The notes under the pieces were generated by a model. It was not told the DNA's origin. It made no database searches and worked only from the letters and a program-made list of their open reading frames with translations. From Marsupella aquatica (taxonomy: Eukaryota > Plantae > Marchantiophyta), in NCBI GenBank assembly GCA_973895155.1, contig OZ316895.1, positions 10,528,184 to 10,592,183 on the forward strand: a stretch of DNA of 64,000 nt, read 5' to 3'. Made by a program: the position numbers and the translations under genes. Of this stretch, positions 36,221 to 51,374 are shown one piece after another (position 1 is the stretch's first letter; the number at the start of each line of letters is the position of its first letter).

Positions 36221-39200
36221 ACACATAAATGGGGGCAACCTGAGTTTTAAACTACTCTAGTTTTGGCCACAGATTAATAATTTTGACTACTATACAACCA
36301 CGAAACTAAAACCACGGTCGCTTCATGTTATTTAGGCGTAGCCCTTTTGCAAAAATTGGCCGAAGATTTTAAACACTCGAATGTTGGTGACACTTTCCTC
36401 CTTTCAAGAAAGAAAAGAAAATGGCGGCGTGGCGAATGATTGGCGGGGGGTATACTCAACAGCAGTCTACAGTATGCCGTCTTAGGTACGGCACGTCGGT
36501 CGAAACGGATACCGATGGATGGACGGATGGATGGGGCCCATCGTAGGTACACCAGTCGGCAAAGAAGAGGGTCCGGCCATCCTCTGCCGGCCAGGTGGAC
36601 CTTTCTGGCAAGAAAGGGCGTCCGTGGTACCGGCGTAGCGAACTCGGTGACTGCCCAGAAAACGTGGTTGCAGACCTTGGCACGGAAAAGTGGGACACAT
36701 TAATGAGCAATCTAACGCCTCTGTCCCTTCCTTGAGCCAGCATTGGAGGTGACCCTAAAGTGCTACCCCTCTGAACCGCCACTCTTTTTTCCTTTTCTTT
36801 TATTTGTGTGAACTGCCATTCTTTAATCTTTACCCCACCACCAGAAGCTCCCTCGCCCAACCAGGTCACCTTTCTTATATACATGGTTTTATTTCTTCTG
36901 TTGTGGCTTTTATTCCAGTAAAATATTGCTACCGACTAAAATGGATATAACAGAGAGACTGACGAAACGAAGAAAACGATGCTGCTGTGATAACTAAGGG
37001 CTTTTTATTATAAGAGTATCTAACAAAATCTTTTTGTTCCTTTGGAGTTCTGTATATCTTTATATCTAAGAGTGTCCAGCATAGCCTTTTTATAAAGGAC
37101 TGCCAGAGGAAATAAGGGCCAAACTGGGAGACAGGATTCGGAAAGGCAGGAGACCAAATAAAGGGGAGACAAAAGCAAATAGGAATCACATAGACCCAGT
37201 GTACGAATATGCAGAGAAAAAAACTTTCTAAACTATTTAAAATAATATTATGAGAGCATATTTCAGTGTTTGTTGAGATCCTATCTGAATTGTGAAAGCC
37301 CATCTGAACAGGGTGAGCAGGGTTTAATACCATGGGGGTTTCTTCAGTGAATGAGTGGGGCTTTCCACTCAATGTATGTCATAATTACAAGCCAGAATCT
37401 CCAACTTTTCAGGGAAAAACGGTCCTCACAGTCTAGTTACACAGTGACAAATCTAGTCTAGTTCATCCATAGTGACAATTGAAAAATAAGACAACTTTCA
37501 CCAGGGTGTTACATAATTTCCACAAATATATAACTCTTCCAGCAAATTTGCTTTCCTTAAGGGTTTGGCCTCTTTGGCTGCTACAGTTGTTAGGGACACC
37601 TCTTTTGGTCCCTTGGGTGCTCTTGCCTCACCTGAAGTCTGGTGTGCCACGGTTGGTTCTTTTACCCAGTCTCTTGGAGTAACGTTTCAGGCCTCCAGTT
37701 CTTACAACACAGAGGCGGTACAGTTCAATAGAATTAATTCCAAAAAACATGCAGATGGGTAGAATAGAAGATGCTAACCTCAGAATAGATGCAAACTTGG
37801 ACGTACGGTAAAGTAAACCTATCAATAGCTATAGTGAGTCCTTTGATGCGGCTTTTTGAAAAGGGTTGGATGGATTTAAAAAAAAGCTGTTAGCCTAAAA
37901 TCTTACTAAAAAATACACTGGAAGCCTACTTTTATGTCCTAGGTCTAGAGTGGAGCCTACATAGAGTAAGTCTGCCCTGGTTACTCAACGTTGGGGGTGT
38001 AGGAAATGGGACCAAATCCTAAGTGGGTCTGAATATTAAAGGATCTTTTTCTTGCAAGGTCTTTTTGGATTCACCTATATTGAGGTTGAAAAGAACAGGT
38101 ATTCAGGCTATTGTGCATCAAAGTTTCCATTGTCGAGGTATAAAAGTTTTATTTCAAAGAACTGCACTCTAAGTTTATTTATCAAAGAGGGCTAAATAAG
38201 TACAATGAAGAAAAACCAAAAGAGGTCCAATGCTGACAAACACCAAACTTGAAAGAAGTTTGAAAAGTAACCCCCAAAACCTAGTAAAAAGAAACAAAAC
38301 GGAAAACAACAAGGAAACAAAGAAAAGGAACAAGAAGGAAAAGATGTACCATTGCCATAGTGTGATGAGCTAATGGTCCACATCTAGTGTTGAAACTAAA
38401 TTTGAAAGTGAGACATGGATGCCCTCTAAACGGGCAAGCCTCTACTAAGGCATACTAGTACCCACAGCTAAAGACCTACAATAGATGGCTTGAGCTTGTG
38501 CGCTCTGCAATATCATTGAAATCCGTTAACAAAAGTGCGTTGTCAAAACAGACAATAGTAATCCAATGGAACCCACCTGTCCCTGAATGTTTTTAGCCCA
38601 TCAAAGTGATGATGCATGGGGTCTGATGAGGAGGCTGTACAAATAGGATGAGATGTGGTGTGAAAAAGGAGCACACAATAATGATCCCAGACATCTATGT
38701 GATGGACGATAAGACCAAGGAGGACTGAGTGTGGGATCGGGGATAAAGGAGTGAGGCAATGCATTGTGCATGGGTTCCTCGCAAATAATCAGAGAGGTCC
38801 GGTGAAAGATGTCGTCGTCTGAACCAGTGACCTCTGAGGGGGAATCACCGGATCTGAATGGGGAACCATAATCTCCAAATCTGGTTGCTTGGCCCTGAAC
38901 ACCGGATTTTCAGAAAGAAGTTGAGGTTGATTTGTTTTGTTAAACACTTTTTGAGACTCTTTGGATTTTGAAAAATTATTCATGCAGATTTTGTATCTTT
39001 TACCAAAACATTATACAAATGCAAAGTACAACCTCCTGGGTAATATCGGGAGCATAATATATAAGACGGTTGAAATAATAGGATGCACAAGCCTCAATGT
39101 GAGAGAGTACCCACGCTCCGAAACTCTATTGCAGAGGTTTTCTCAAATTTGGGGGTCTCTATTAGACGCAAAAACCTTCTGTCACTGAACGCAACAACAT

Positions 39201-39937
39201 TCCCTAAGCGAACCAATCTATGTTTGATGAACTGGCGGTACACCGCCCTCAAACCTCATTAGCTTACAGTATTGATACATAGAACAGAAGGCATGAATGA
39301 GTAGACTCGAATAAATGTACAATAAGAAATATCATGGGCCACATGAACAGCCGATAATCTATTTATGGTACAGCTTCCTGAAATCCTCGTATAGTTTGCT
39401 AGCTCGTATGTAGATTGCATCAGTGTAGCATCGTCCACCGTAGGGTATTCCTATGTGGTCGTGTCTGCAAGAACTAGCCAATGACTGCGCATCTCACACA
39501 ATCTTGAACCATCACTCCTCTCATCTCAAATGGACCTCACCTGCAACAAATCCCTAGGTTACTAAAATGTACACTGCTGAAACATTGAGACTCGTCATTA
39601 ATTTCTTCTCCAGCTGAATTCGACATGTGCACCAACTAACTTGGATGGCCAGCTACATAAGAGTGTTCCAAAACACTTTCACACGTATAAGCTGTGTAAG
39701 GTTCTCCGTTTGTTTTAGGTTGTTGGCCTCTTTTTCTATGTCTGTTCTAGGTTTAAGATTCAGTGAAAATGAGGCCAACAACAAGCGCACGAGAACTCAA
39801 ATCCTTGACTTATTATTTTCTGTTTCAGTGTCCCGAGGATAAACAATCCGGTCTCACAGCACACTTGAAGCAAATCCTTTACTAGAGAGCATGCTTAAGA
39901 AACCGTACCTCATTGAGTAATGCTCATTCTAAACGGA

Positions 39938-42900
39938 TCAGAGAACTTCTTTCTCTAACCGCAACACAGCCATGAAGGCATCTTGTGGAACATCAACCTT
40001 CCCAACAGCTTTCATGCGCTTCTTGCCTTCAGCCTGAAGCCACGCAGGACGAAAATTGAAAAATTCGGCCATACTACAGCAGTACCGTTCATGTTAGAAA
40101 AGACGATAATATAAGATCGATATAGAAAGTGAAAGGTTGATACATTATTATGGACAAGGTACCTGTTTGCTTAACAACTTCTTTTTTCTTGATATGTCTC
40201 CTCCTGTCCATACACCAAACTAGTTCAGTAAAGAGACTTAAAGAATTCTTAGCTTGCCCATAGCTCGCCAGAGAATCTCCCTAGTGTGAGATCCTCCACA
40301 ACAAAATACATGAAGGGACTGAAGTTTCTGTAATAACCATAGCACTTCGCGAGGACATCCTTCCGCATGGCTGAAATAGCTTCACTGGCAATAACCTTCA
40401 CCCCTATGCATGCCTGCACTCAACACATGGCGGTACAGATACCGTGTTAACGGTAGGCTATTATTAGCATGACCCGCAAATAATTTCAAGTAACACAGAG
40501 TGCTCTTGTAGAGTTCTCTGAGATATTATCGCCACAGGGAGTTGAGGTCCACGAAAAGTGCACAAGATACCAGTATCCCTGCCCATTCTATGTTCCCCAC
40601 AGCCATATCAATTATTTTCTTAATTGTTCCCATGATCTTGACTAACAGTATCAATTCAATAAAGCCTTGCCTTAATCACGTTTCGACGTACCTGGATGGG
40701 AATCTTAAATAGCTGTCTCGGGATGAGTTCTTTCAACTTTTTAGTCAGAGCTCGGCCAACACTAAAAGCCTGCAATTTATGCGCAGAGACACGTTTTAAG
40801 AAATGGGATGCCATCAAAGCAGTCCAGGTACACATAATCAGGAACTGCACTCAGAATTAGCACAAACTTTGCGATCTTGTACACAACACACCCAGAGGTA
40901 GTCAACTCTACATAAATTCCTAACCAGAGTAATTTCCCAGGAGACATTCCAGCACAAAAGTGGGAACTCAAAGACAAGCTAGATTTAAGATCGCGACGGG
41001 ACAAGGATTCGTCGATCCAGGTGAATACCTTATCTCTATGGACAATAGTAGCTAGCGGATCAACTATTTCTCCATTGATCAGGATGTCGAGTCTGACAAG
41101 GTCACTTTCTCGATATCTGGAACGTACCAGTAATGCAGCGAAGTTTTGTGAGTGCTCGCACCTAACTTGGTCGTTTTGAGGAAGGACAATGTGATCAATT
41201 CAATATGCTCTAGATACGTAATTATATTCTTGCAAATTCTGGAAGCAAGAAGAAAGCAAAACTAGGCAGGTCTATCATGGATTGCCGTAAAAGCAAAAGA
41301 CGCGACCAAAATTCCTGAAGTCTCCTTAACCCTAAATTTTAGCGTAGGATTGAATACCAATTTTCATGAATGGACTCGGTTGTAAATCGGTCCACTGTTG
41401 ATTTCAAATCTTATAAACGCTTGCATCTTAAAAATAGGAGAAGGAAAATGTGCGACCAAGAAATTCTAAACTGAACGTGTATGCATGAAAGAATACATAC
41501 CCCACTAGGGAGTACTCCATACTAGCGTATCCCTTGCTCCTTGACTTGAGCTGATCAAAAAAGTCCCCAACCATCTGCCGGTACCACAATCCGAGAAAAT
41601 CCAGACCATTTTCTTAATAGTTAGTGCACAGCAAAAGTTTCATGAACACGATATCTAGTAACGACTCAAATTACGTCATAAAACAATGTACAATGCAATT
41701 GTCGATGAGCTGTAAGACGTGATCGAAGGCTGCAACGATTGCTGGGTACAAGTCTCGTAGAAAGTCAAAGTCTGAGCGAACAAGAAAATAATTTCCAGTA
41801 AAAATGCCTTTAACAGTACAACTAAAATACTTCAGCATCATACCTCACCCATAGGAAGGTCGTACAGAAGTGAGGTTCTATTTTCGGTTATATACTTCAT
41901 CTCTTTGAAGATACCACGCCGTTCTTGTGCAAGTTCCATAAGTGGCCCGATGTACTCTCTTGGTGTTATCATATCCATCTGTGGAGAGGAATGAATATAA
42001 GTCAAGAAACTAATTTGCGAAGACATCAGTATTTCAAATTGAAATTACACGTAGGCTTAACTAACGAGGATTTAAAAGATGCAAGCAATCTGGGACTCCC
42101 TAACTGAGAAAAGTTAAATGTCACAGCCATAAACTGCCAGAAATCAACCACCAAATTCGAGTAAAAAGCATTAATGTAAAGTAACTGATTTGACATGTTG
42201 TAAATCATTGAGACGTACACAACTATAGATGGGACACAATACCTTTATGTAGGGCTCTGCAATGGATTTTCGTTTTCCGGCCTCTGGGAGCTGTGACGGA
42301 TTTGAGCATTCAATCTGCGATTAATTTGCACATTAAGCCTTGCCAGACGATCTTTACAGACCATGTTATAAACCTCATCATGTTGACGTCAAAAATTGGG
42401 AAAAGAACAGTTATAACAAGGACAACTTGAGTGCTCCAAGAATGCTTTGCAGATTCATGCTAGCAAAAACGTGCATCAGACTGATACCACTGTCTCATCG
42501 GTGCAATTGATTTTGTAGACTACGCTAGGTGCTGTTGTAATTAGATCCAGATTATACTCTCGCTCCAGCCTTTCCTGCATGTTAATACGTACTCCAAGAA
42601 ATGAACAATTGGTAGATTCAAGCAAATGCTGGAAAGCTGCTCAATAAAACAGACACTATTCAACCTAGGAAGACAGGTCATGATAATGTATGATTACAAA
42701 CTATACTTGGCTGAGCTTACTATTGGATAACCTGGTACAATTGTTTCTGGAAAATTGCTGTAAAATTATCCTGCTGTGAGTTTTGACGAAGAAATAGCGC
42801 GAATGTGGAGCGCTTAGCAACGAATATTTCCAGCAAGGCTATTCTGAGAACTAGACAAATCCAAACCCTTCTTTACAGAACAAGAAAACGAAGTGTGCTT

Positions 42901-45900
42901 GAATCCCTACGTGAAAAAGTGGAGTAAAAAGAAAAGGTCAAAAGGATTTGCTAAAAACCTGCACGATTTCCATATGAAGAAGTCCAAGAAAGCCACATCG
43001 GAAACCGAAACCCATTGCGCTTGATGCCTCTGGTTCAAACTAAGAAAAGACAAACCACATTAGCTCAGAATCTTAAAATTGGAGGTGACTGACAAATTGA
43101 TATTTCAAGAATCCCCTCCATAAAGTACCATTAAAAATGTCTTCGAACTAGATAGTTGAAAGTGTCAGGACAATAACTAAAGTTGGATCCAAATTCTTCT
43201 TTGGGAGAGACAGGAACATAAACGGTATAAACATGGACTGAAACAGGCCAATGATCACCTTAAGGGCAGCATCGTTGAGCTGCAGTTTCCCCAAGGCCTC
43301 TCGCAATACAGGAAATCTGTTCGGAGTTGCCAGAAGAGAAGCCATAGAATCAGCGCTAAAAAACAACAACATCCACCCTTTGCCTAATGTCCATGGACGA
43401 TCACTTGAGAGTGGCTGGCAGTTTGAAACGATGGCCAGGATGCAGAGTGATCACGCTGCGGAATCCCGCCCAGAATGATGTTGCAGTCCTACTCTTCTTC
43501 TATGGACAAGCTTTTCATTCTGATACTAATACAAAATAAAGATTGAATTTGATTACGTTCCCGGAGCTTCCACAAAATCGGAAGGAACAAAGACTGCTAG
43601 TGACACTTGTGATCTGACTTAACTGGTCAGCTTCAATTGGGAAGAGCCCACAGAAGACCATCGGCACTGCCTCTTGGTAGCCAGGTAATGCCTCGCTTGC
43701 CTTCCTTATGCCACCTGTGATTGTGTCTCCAACTCGTGCATCTGCAACGGACCTTATCGAAGCAGCTAGATAACCCACCTGAAGTTGAAACAAAATTCAC
43801 AAATCCGGAAACAGGTAGTGTAAATTTACCATGATATACATGATCTGCGCAAAGACTGAAATGGTTGCAAAGTTAACTCGTTGGTGGATCCTCAGGTAAC
43901 TAGAAAGCATGATGACGAAAGTCTTCTGGTTTCCTAACCGTAATTTTGAGACAATGGAATTAAGTATGCTACCACACGCACGTGTTAACCTATGAATCAA
44001 ATGAATGAAACGAGAATATATACGTTTCAGGTTCCGATCATGAAGGCTCTCCAAATGCAAAGAAAATACTCAATACAACTTCGGTCAAATACTACAGCTA
44101 CGATAGACTTAATGGCAGTTGTCACCTCTCCTGCTTGTAACGATTTCAATGGCATTTGTGAGGGTGACAGAACCCCAATCTCAATAACTTGATATTCCTG
44201 CGAGCCATAACATAGAGAAACATGGTCACCAAGGTGATTTTGGCAGAGCATTAAAAACAAAGGCATATTGCTGTTCCGCGTTGATAACATCAATCAGTAA
44301 AATCATGATGACTGATACTCACACATAGGTGAAAAACGCCTAGACAAAATCTTTACAAACACTTAGCAAATGGAGAAGTTGCTCAGGTCAGTAAAACAAT
44401 GGCATCCCCAAGTATATACCATACCTTGCCACTAGCCATGAATTGAATTACATCTCCCTCCTTAACACTCCCATCCACCACTCTAAAGTAAACGATGACA
44501 CCTCGGTATGCATCATAGTAACTGTCCCCAAAAAGCAATAAGATCCAACCGAAAGATCAAAGGCAATCGACAGTTTATAAGTGCAGATGTATAAGCAAGA
44601 TCAGCGGCACGGTTCACGTGAACATGACGAGCAGAGTCTCTTGCTGGACAATCTACAGTGTGTATTAGATTGAGTTACAATGGATCTCCACTGGATTAAC
44701 GGTACATTGCCGAGAGTAGCTGTGCTTCAAACAAGATTGTGCACAGAACACACTGAAAACTACGTCAGACTCTTAATGGAATGCTGAGAATCATTATGCT
44801 AGCAAAGGAGCTCATATCAGTCATTCAGGAGCACAATTTACCCAGATAAATCTCTCAAGTGTCAAAGGATGGTACACTTTCATGACCGGGCCATCTGACT
44901 AATATAGAGTATTAGTGCATATTGATTATACCTGTCAAAAATGAGGGCCCTGAGAGGCTCTGCTACAGTATCTTTCGGAGCTGGAACCTTATCTATGACG
45001 GCTTGCAATATTTCACTTATGCCTATGCCCTCCTGCAGAGAGGCAAATAGAGTAAACTATTTAGTTGACATCACTCTGCAGATTGACATCAGTTAGAAGG
45101 TCTGTGGTAGCTAGAACCCAGTAACTCGAACGAGGAACAATCCTGCGATGATTGAAGTGAAACAAACTCACCGCCCAGCTAACTGATGGGTAAAGGCCAG
45201 TCATGAGGTACCTTCGCAGAGCATTGGATAGCGTCACTGCAGTCCAAGCCAATAATCTGCACCGGTCCATGAATTTATGAGTACATTCAATCTCAATTGA
45301 GGAGATGATAGGTCCCAAAGATTATCACAAGGCCACCGAAGGATCTGGAAGGAAGTTGTCCAGTAGTACAAATACTAGCAGAATTCACAAGGGTACCAAC
45401 CTCTTCAATTTCCTTAGCCACTCTATCAGGATCGGCGCCCGGCAAATCAATCTTGTTCAGAACCTGACTTAAAACAACAAAGTCGTAACTCAATCATAGT
45501 ACAAGGTCATAAAACATATCTACATAAGACCAGCGGAGCAGAGCAGCGATCAAACCCTCTATGGCACATCAGTGGCACAATGCGGCAACATTGCAGCGTT
45601 GAACACGAACGGGCATCGGCATGGACGCCAAAATTCACTAACCGGAATGATCTCAAGATTGTTTTCCAGAGCGAGGTACACATTCGCCAGTGTCTGTGCC
45701 TCCACACCCTGCATCCAAGAAAAACCCACCAGTCAATTTTGCAGAGTAAATATAAGCAAGACACAACTGCCAAAGGGAAAAGTAAAGGACCAGAGAGGGA
45801 AAACAATTTTAATCACCTGAGAAGCATCGACAACAAGCAAAGCCCCTTCACATGCAGCCAAAGATCTCGAGACCTGACACAAAAATGTCAACCAGTGTGA

Positions 45901-47875
45901 TACTTAAATGTCCTCAAGGCAGACTACTGCACATTCGAGTTCTGTAGGAAATTTCTTATCAACGAAGGTTTCAGCAACTTGTCAGTGTATTGCACGAATT
46001 ATCTGATACTCAGGACGTAAGATTTCATAGTCCTAGTTTGAGCGAGAACAACCCAGGAAAGAAATTGGTTTTGAAGGTTTTGTGATGACATTGTGAATGA
46101 TATGCACCGAAAACTAGAGAATACCTCGTAAGAAAAGTCGACATGGCCAGGAGTGTCAATCAAATTCAGGCAATACGCTTCACCATCTTTGCCCACGTAT
46201 CGCATCCGAGCAGCCTGCAAAGGTAGTTTGAAAGGTCGGAACGTGAGCTTTCGCTGGCCTTCATCATGACGAAACCAGTCAAAGTAACGAGTAGTCGACA
46301 TAGTGTCCACGTCATTTTCCAGTAGACTGAGACTCATCACTGCGTCAAATGGATTTACTTGGATTCACAAGTAAATCCAAGAACAGGAAATGTATTTTGC
46401 GCCCTATGGTGGCGGTAAAATCGAATGCCCATTCTCTGGGTTTTCAGGGGACTTGAAATCGTTAAGTTCTGACTTCGTCAGAGGAGCTGTTAGAATCAGA
46501 CAGGCAGAATCAGCTGTATCTCATGATAATTACTAAACTGGAAAAAGACGACAGTAGGAAAACACGGGAACATACCTGAAGCTTGATTGTGATACCCCTT
46601 TCCCTTTCAAGATCCATATTGTCTAGAAACTGCTCTTTCATTTCTCGATCTTGCACGGTCCCTGTTTTTTGTAGAAGCTTATCAGCTAGAGTTGACTTCC
46701 CATGGTCAATGTGTGCAATGATTGAGAAATTTCTAATATTGGACACTGGGACCTGCAAGTATATCACTGCCAAGTGAGCACTGGGTCAAGGTTGCGCCGA
46801 CATACGTGCTGTACACGAGCAAGTGAAGGTTCAGCGAGATGGTTGTAGATAACAAGTCCAATTGCGAAAAAGTATCGTTCATAAGTTTACAAATACGACA
46901 GAGAATTCTCATGAAGAGATTACACTGGGAGTGAGAAAGGACGATCAGAAGCTCTTTTCGGTGTGCTCCGTCACTATATCACTATATTACCTAAGCTCCT
47001 TTAGTCGCGACCAACACAATGCCGAGTTTCAACAAATGAAATGAAGTCGTCTGGTAAAAATTTACTCAGAGAGAGATATGTGAATGACGTAGCTTCCATT
47101 CAAGGAGGTACAATTGAGGAGAAGAAACTGGTGCACTTCGTCCAAAATCTAAAAAAATTCAATATTCTCGATAGGCCATATCAACAACAGAAGATCCTTC
47201 CTGTTATCTTTCCTGTTAACGGATTCGTTGCTCACAATGGTTGAATAGTACCACAGGAACAAGAACACGAGAAATCCGTAATTGTGAAGCAGTGCAGTGA
47301 ATCGAGCGTTATTCATATTCGTGTCAAACAAATATTATGAAATAATGAAGGATAGGATGATTGCAGCCACGAATTTGCGGGAGAGAGAAAGAGACCTTCG
47401 AAAGGCGGTCTTGACCATTGAGATTATCCTGATCGGCATTCTTGCCCGATTTTAGGGGACTCTTAGCTGCAACAGTTTCTGGGGCCTGTTGTGCCTGACA
47501 GATTAAACTATCGAACACGCTCGCCGGTCTGCTGGCCCTGTCAGCTGCAGCGCCCCAACCTAGTGAACGAGAAGAAGAATTCACGGACGTTTGTTCCCCG
47601 CAGTGATTCCTAGACGACCTTCGCCTCAAAACTGGTCCACACCGCGCCATTTCTTTGGGAGAGTAAGACGATGAAGACACATCACGATACTGTTGCTGCT
47701 GCTGCGGCGATGCTCTGTTGTGGAGACTATTGCCTAGGAATGAAGACTGAGTACTGCTAGTAGAAGTACAAGCAGATGCAGAAGCAAGACCGCCAGAAAT
47801 GGAGAAGCTTCGACATAAATTGCTGGCAGGAGAGAGCGGCAAAACAACATTCGGGGAGATCCCCATGCCTTCCAT
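39938..47875 (-). CDS. cpLEPA: Chloroplast translation factor GUF1/LepA (EF4), 22 coding exons
   Basis: Ser-rich transit peptide, then [90 protein letters not shown] and C-terminus [28 protein letters not shown]. Exons traced by eye with GT-AG borders: first 47875-47396, second 46752-46576, last 40033-39938. Confidence 0.96.
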
Positions 47876-47992
47876 GGCCTCCCCCCGTCCCTCCCTCCCT
47901 CGGTCCAACGAAAGGCCAGTTCTAATTTCTCTTCCCCCGGAGCAGCGTAAATGCGAGATGCTGTCTCTCGCAGCGCATTAGTGTCCTCGAAT

Positions 47993-48365
47993 CTCTACAA
48001 ATCTATCCAGTTCCGGGCCCCAACACGATACAATCTGCTCGAATCTGTTTGCTTGGTCGTTTCCCCAGATGAATGAGTCCAATCCGACAGAGGCAACATA
48101 CGAGGACGAGAAAGGAGTCCAGACACGGCCAAAGAGACCGCTGAACGAGCTCGGTTGATGCTCTGCAAATCTATCCAGTTTTGCGCTCCATCACCATACA
48201 ATCTGCTGAGAATCTCTTGGTTTGCTCGTTTCCCAGCTGAATGAGTCAAATCCGACAGAGGCACATACGAGAAAGAGAAAGAGAACGAGAAACGAGAAAC
48301 GAGTCCAGAGAAAAGAGAAAAGAGTCCAGAGACGGGCTAAGAAAAGCACGAAGGAGCTCGGTCGA
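47993..48365. repeat. ~168-bp diverged tandem duplication in the 5' region of cpLEPA
   Basis: CTCT.CAAATCTATCCAGTT...ATACAATCTGCT...TGAATGAGTC.AATCCGACAGAGGCA at 47993 and 48161; the second copy has an expanded GAGAAA tract. Confidence 0.85.
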
Positions 48366-51300
48366 GAGGAAAGGGCGCTGCCTCGTTGTTCACATTAGTG
48401 TTACACCACCTCTTTGAATTTCAATCATTTCTTATCTCCTCATCGCAACCCACTTTGTATATGAAGCCCAGATGGACCCAGATGGACTGGAAACGGTTGG
48501 ATGGACTCACTCAGAACATTTCAACTGATTCAGATAACATTATTTACACTTTTGACTGAAATGTGGCCTATAAAATATCTCCTTGTCATTTGTAGCCAGT
48601 TTCAACTATATTATTGAACCTGTATTCTTGGTAACTTGACTACCTTGAACCTGAAAGACGGGTCAAAATGTTATCTATTCTTGGTAACTTGATGACCTTG
48701 AACCTGAAAGATGTCAATATATTATGCCGTTATTCAAAATCATTGTGATCCTTTTTCTTTTTGCTCTATAAGAAACAATTGCTTTAAGCAGTCCATGGGG
48801 ATGGGTAGGGACAATGTCTCGGTCCATTGGGGCTTTTGTTTCTCAACAACCATGTTCTCTCAACACAAGAGCTCCCATATGACACTCCTAACTCTCGCTT
48901 CCCCATATGTGCTTTCTGGAGCGTATGCGACTGGAATGTTACCTGTCTGCTCCGTGGCCTATCGGAGAACGTCGTTTGACGTTTGTGTATTTAAGGTGAG
49001 TTTTTGCCAAAGTGGAGTTAAATTTGCGTCGTGGCCCATCTCAGGTAATGCACTAGATGACATCGTGGCCATTCATTTCACCTATCGACTGGCTCAGATC
49101 TACAGTAAAGGTTCGTGGAGGAGATTTCTCTTTTTGGAAAAACCATGACTAATCGAGTGAGCTAAATACACAGTACCGCCCTGCTAACAAGGGGGTGGTG
49201 AGCCATGACTCCCTGAAGAACAAGTGATTTAGATTGAGTTTTTAGGAGCTATTATTGCCCTTAATGCTACCTAGGGCATCGATACATTTAAAGGCCTAAG
49301 ATTTTAATTCTTAAAGCAAAAATAGAGGAGAAGGTTACTAATTCCCCTTTCCAAATGTCTATTGAGCATTTTTCTCCATAAAAACACCAAAAACTACAAA
49401 AAGACAAATCAGTAAGTTTGGCAAACACCATACCTCGATGACTCAGCTCGGACCTACAACCCCATGGACTTTGACATCCCTTATACCCACACTAGCTGAC
49501 TTTCTCCTTGCTTCCAAAAACTCTATACCAACAAATTTTTCCTCCAATTCTTCTCTGTATAATACTCTTCGGCTCGTTAAATGTGGCTTGGAAAGAGCTT
49601 TCCAATACCACTAATATCACCAACTTTTATAATGAATTGAGAGAACCATGAATTATCAAAGATGGTCATCTGTTTTCTTGGCACATTTGATGTTTTGGTG
49701 TAATAATCCGTATATATGATGTGAGAAAGAGCGCTTTGCTGAGGTCGATGCCGGTTGTGCAATTCTATCCAAGCATTCTTTCGGAACCAGGAGTTCCCAT
49801 CATTTTTCGATCCAACTGAAAGAGAGCCTCTCAATCCTCATGAGATATTGACTATTGCTTGGATACATGTCTCTTCTGTCCAAGCGAAGCAAAAGCTGAT
49901 GAGTAAACAGTCTGGAGAGATACGCTAGTTGTTCAAGCAGTTGGAGCTGTCTTCTCGATCAACATTTGAGGTCTTGAGGATCACACGTTTCTTCTATCCA
50001 AGCATTGCAAAAGCTGAAGTGGATTACAGTCAGAGCGGATACAATTTTCTGGAAACCTTTTCGTTCCCACATGTAAGATTTCAAAGAATTCAGACCAAGT
50101 AAATGTCCTCATAATTGCTTTTGATCCCAAAGGACTGCTGTATTTTGATTGTTGACATCCTCGGATTTTTTGAGCTTTCTTGAGCTTTTTACAAGTTTGA
50201 TTAATTCTCACCGATCGATCTCATGAGCATCTGAAACTTCTGATGAACAATGTCAAAGCGCATCAGCGAAAATATCCCGTACATTCATCGATCCCTTACA
50301 GATGGTTTCTGGTGTCCTACGTCAATGAAGGCTAGTTGCCTGTATGCCGTTGTGCAGAATCCATACTTACCAACCATTATTCTGGCCCAGTCTCTCGTAA
50401 GATTATACTGCACTGTCATTTGTCCATCGCCAGTTCCAAATTCCTTCCCATGGCTTCACTGCACACGGAACGTAGCCAGATGGCGCCAGCTCTCCCTTCC
50501 CTTCCCTTCCCTTCCCTTCCCTTCGTTGACAGACGACTTGGTCACATCAAATCTGTCTAGCTCTCGATACCAGAAAAGTGGCCGGGTTGGACATACATGG
50601 AGTGGCAAATTTGTAATGAGGGTCAAAGGCCAACGGTCTACAGAGTCTTCAGCTCACATGGAACTTATGTCCCAGCACGAAAGGAGAGCTCACAGAGCCT
50701 CTGAGAAAAAAGCTCGGACAGGTTCTGCATAGGACGCAGTACCAGGTCGGTATCCCCAGAACTCCTCCCTCATTCCTCGTCGCTTTAGAACTGTCACTTT
50801 TTGCCGACACACTTGTGCGGAAGCGCGGCACAGAGGCACATATCTCAAGGTACGTCGACTCAACCACTCTCTAGCTTGGCAGTTTGCGCCAGCCATATCT
50901 AATAAGGAAAATCTAATGGAGTCCACCCCCATCGAATGGGGTTCCTCTGGTACACCAGAGGGATCTGGTCTACCAACTAGGCTTGTTCTGGGAGCTTGCG
51001 TGTCATCTTCTCGTTTGGACGAACTGCTCAGTAGACTAGCCGACATAGACCAAGGAACCCACCCCTCCGAAACGAGAGGATCATTCTGAGATAGTGGCTT
51101 AGTTCGCGTTCCTTCTAAGGAGTGAGAAGTGAGAGAGCCTTTCGTCCTCTCTAATTTGTTGGATAAACCCTGCGAGAGCTCGAGTGATAGCTACCAGTTC
51201 ATGATATAGAAGTAAGCACTTGTATTGATTCTCGTTTAATTGAGTGGTTCAATTTCCTTGTTAGAAGCTAGTTAAGAGAGCTTGTCCTCTCCGAATTGTA

Positions 51301-51374
51301 GTGTAATTTCTGGCGAGTTCATGTAGCTCGAGTGACGGACTATTTGGCCGCAGGACAATCCCCGAGTAGTGAAT

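Noticed and set aside
37750-38400. Possible retrotransposon gag remnant (FFLQGL, eroded CCHC-like motif)
   Set aside because: Too degraded to support.
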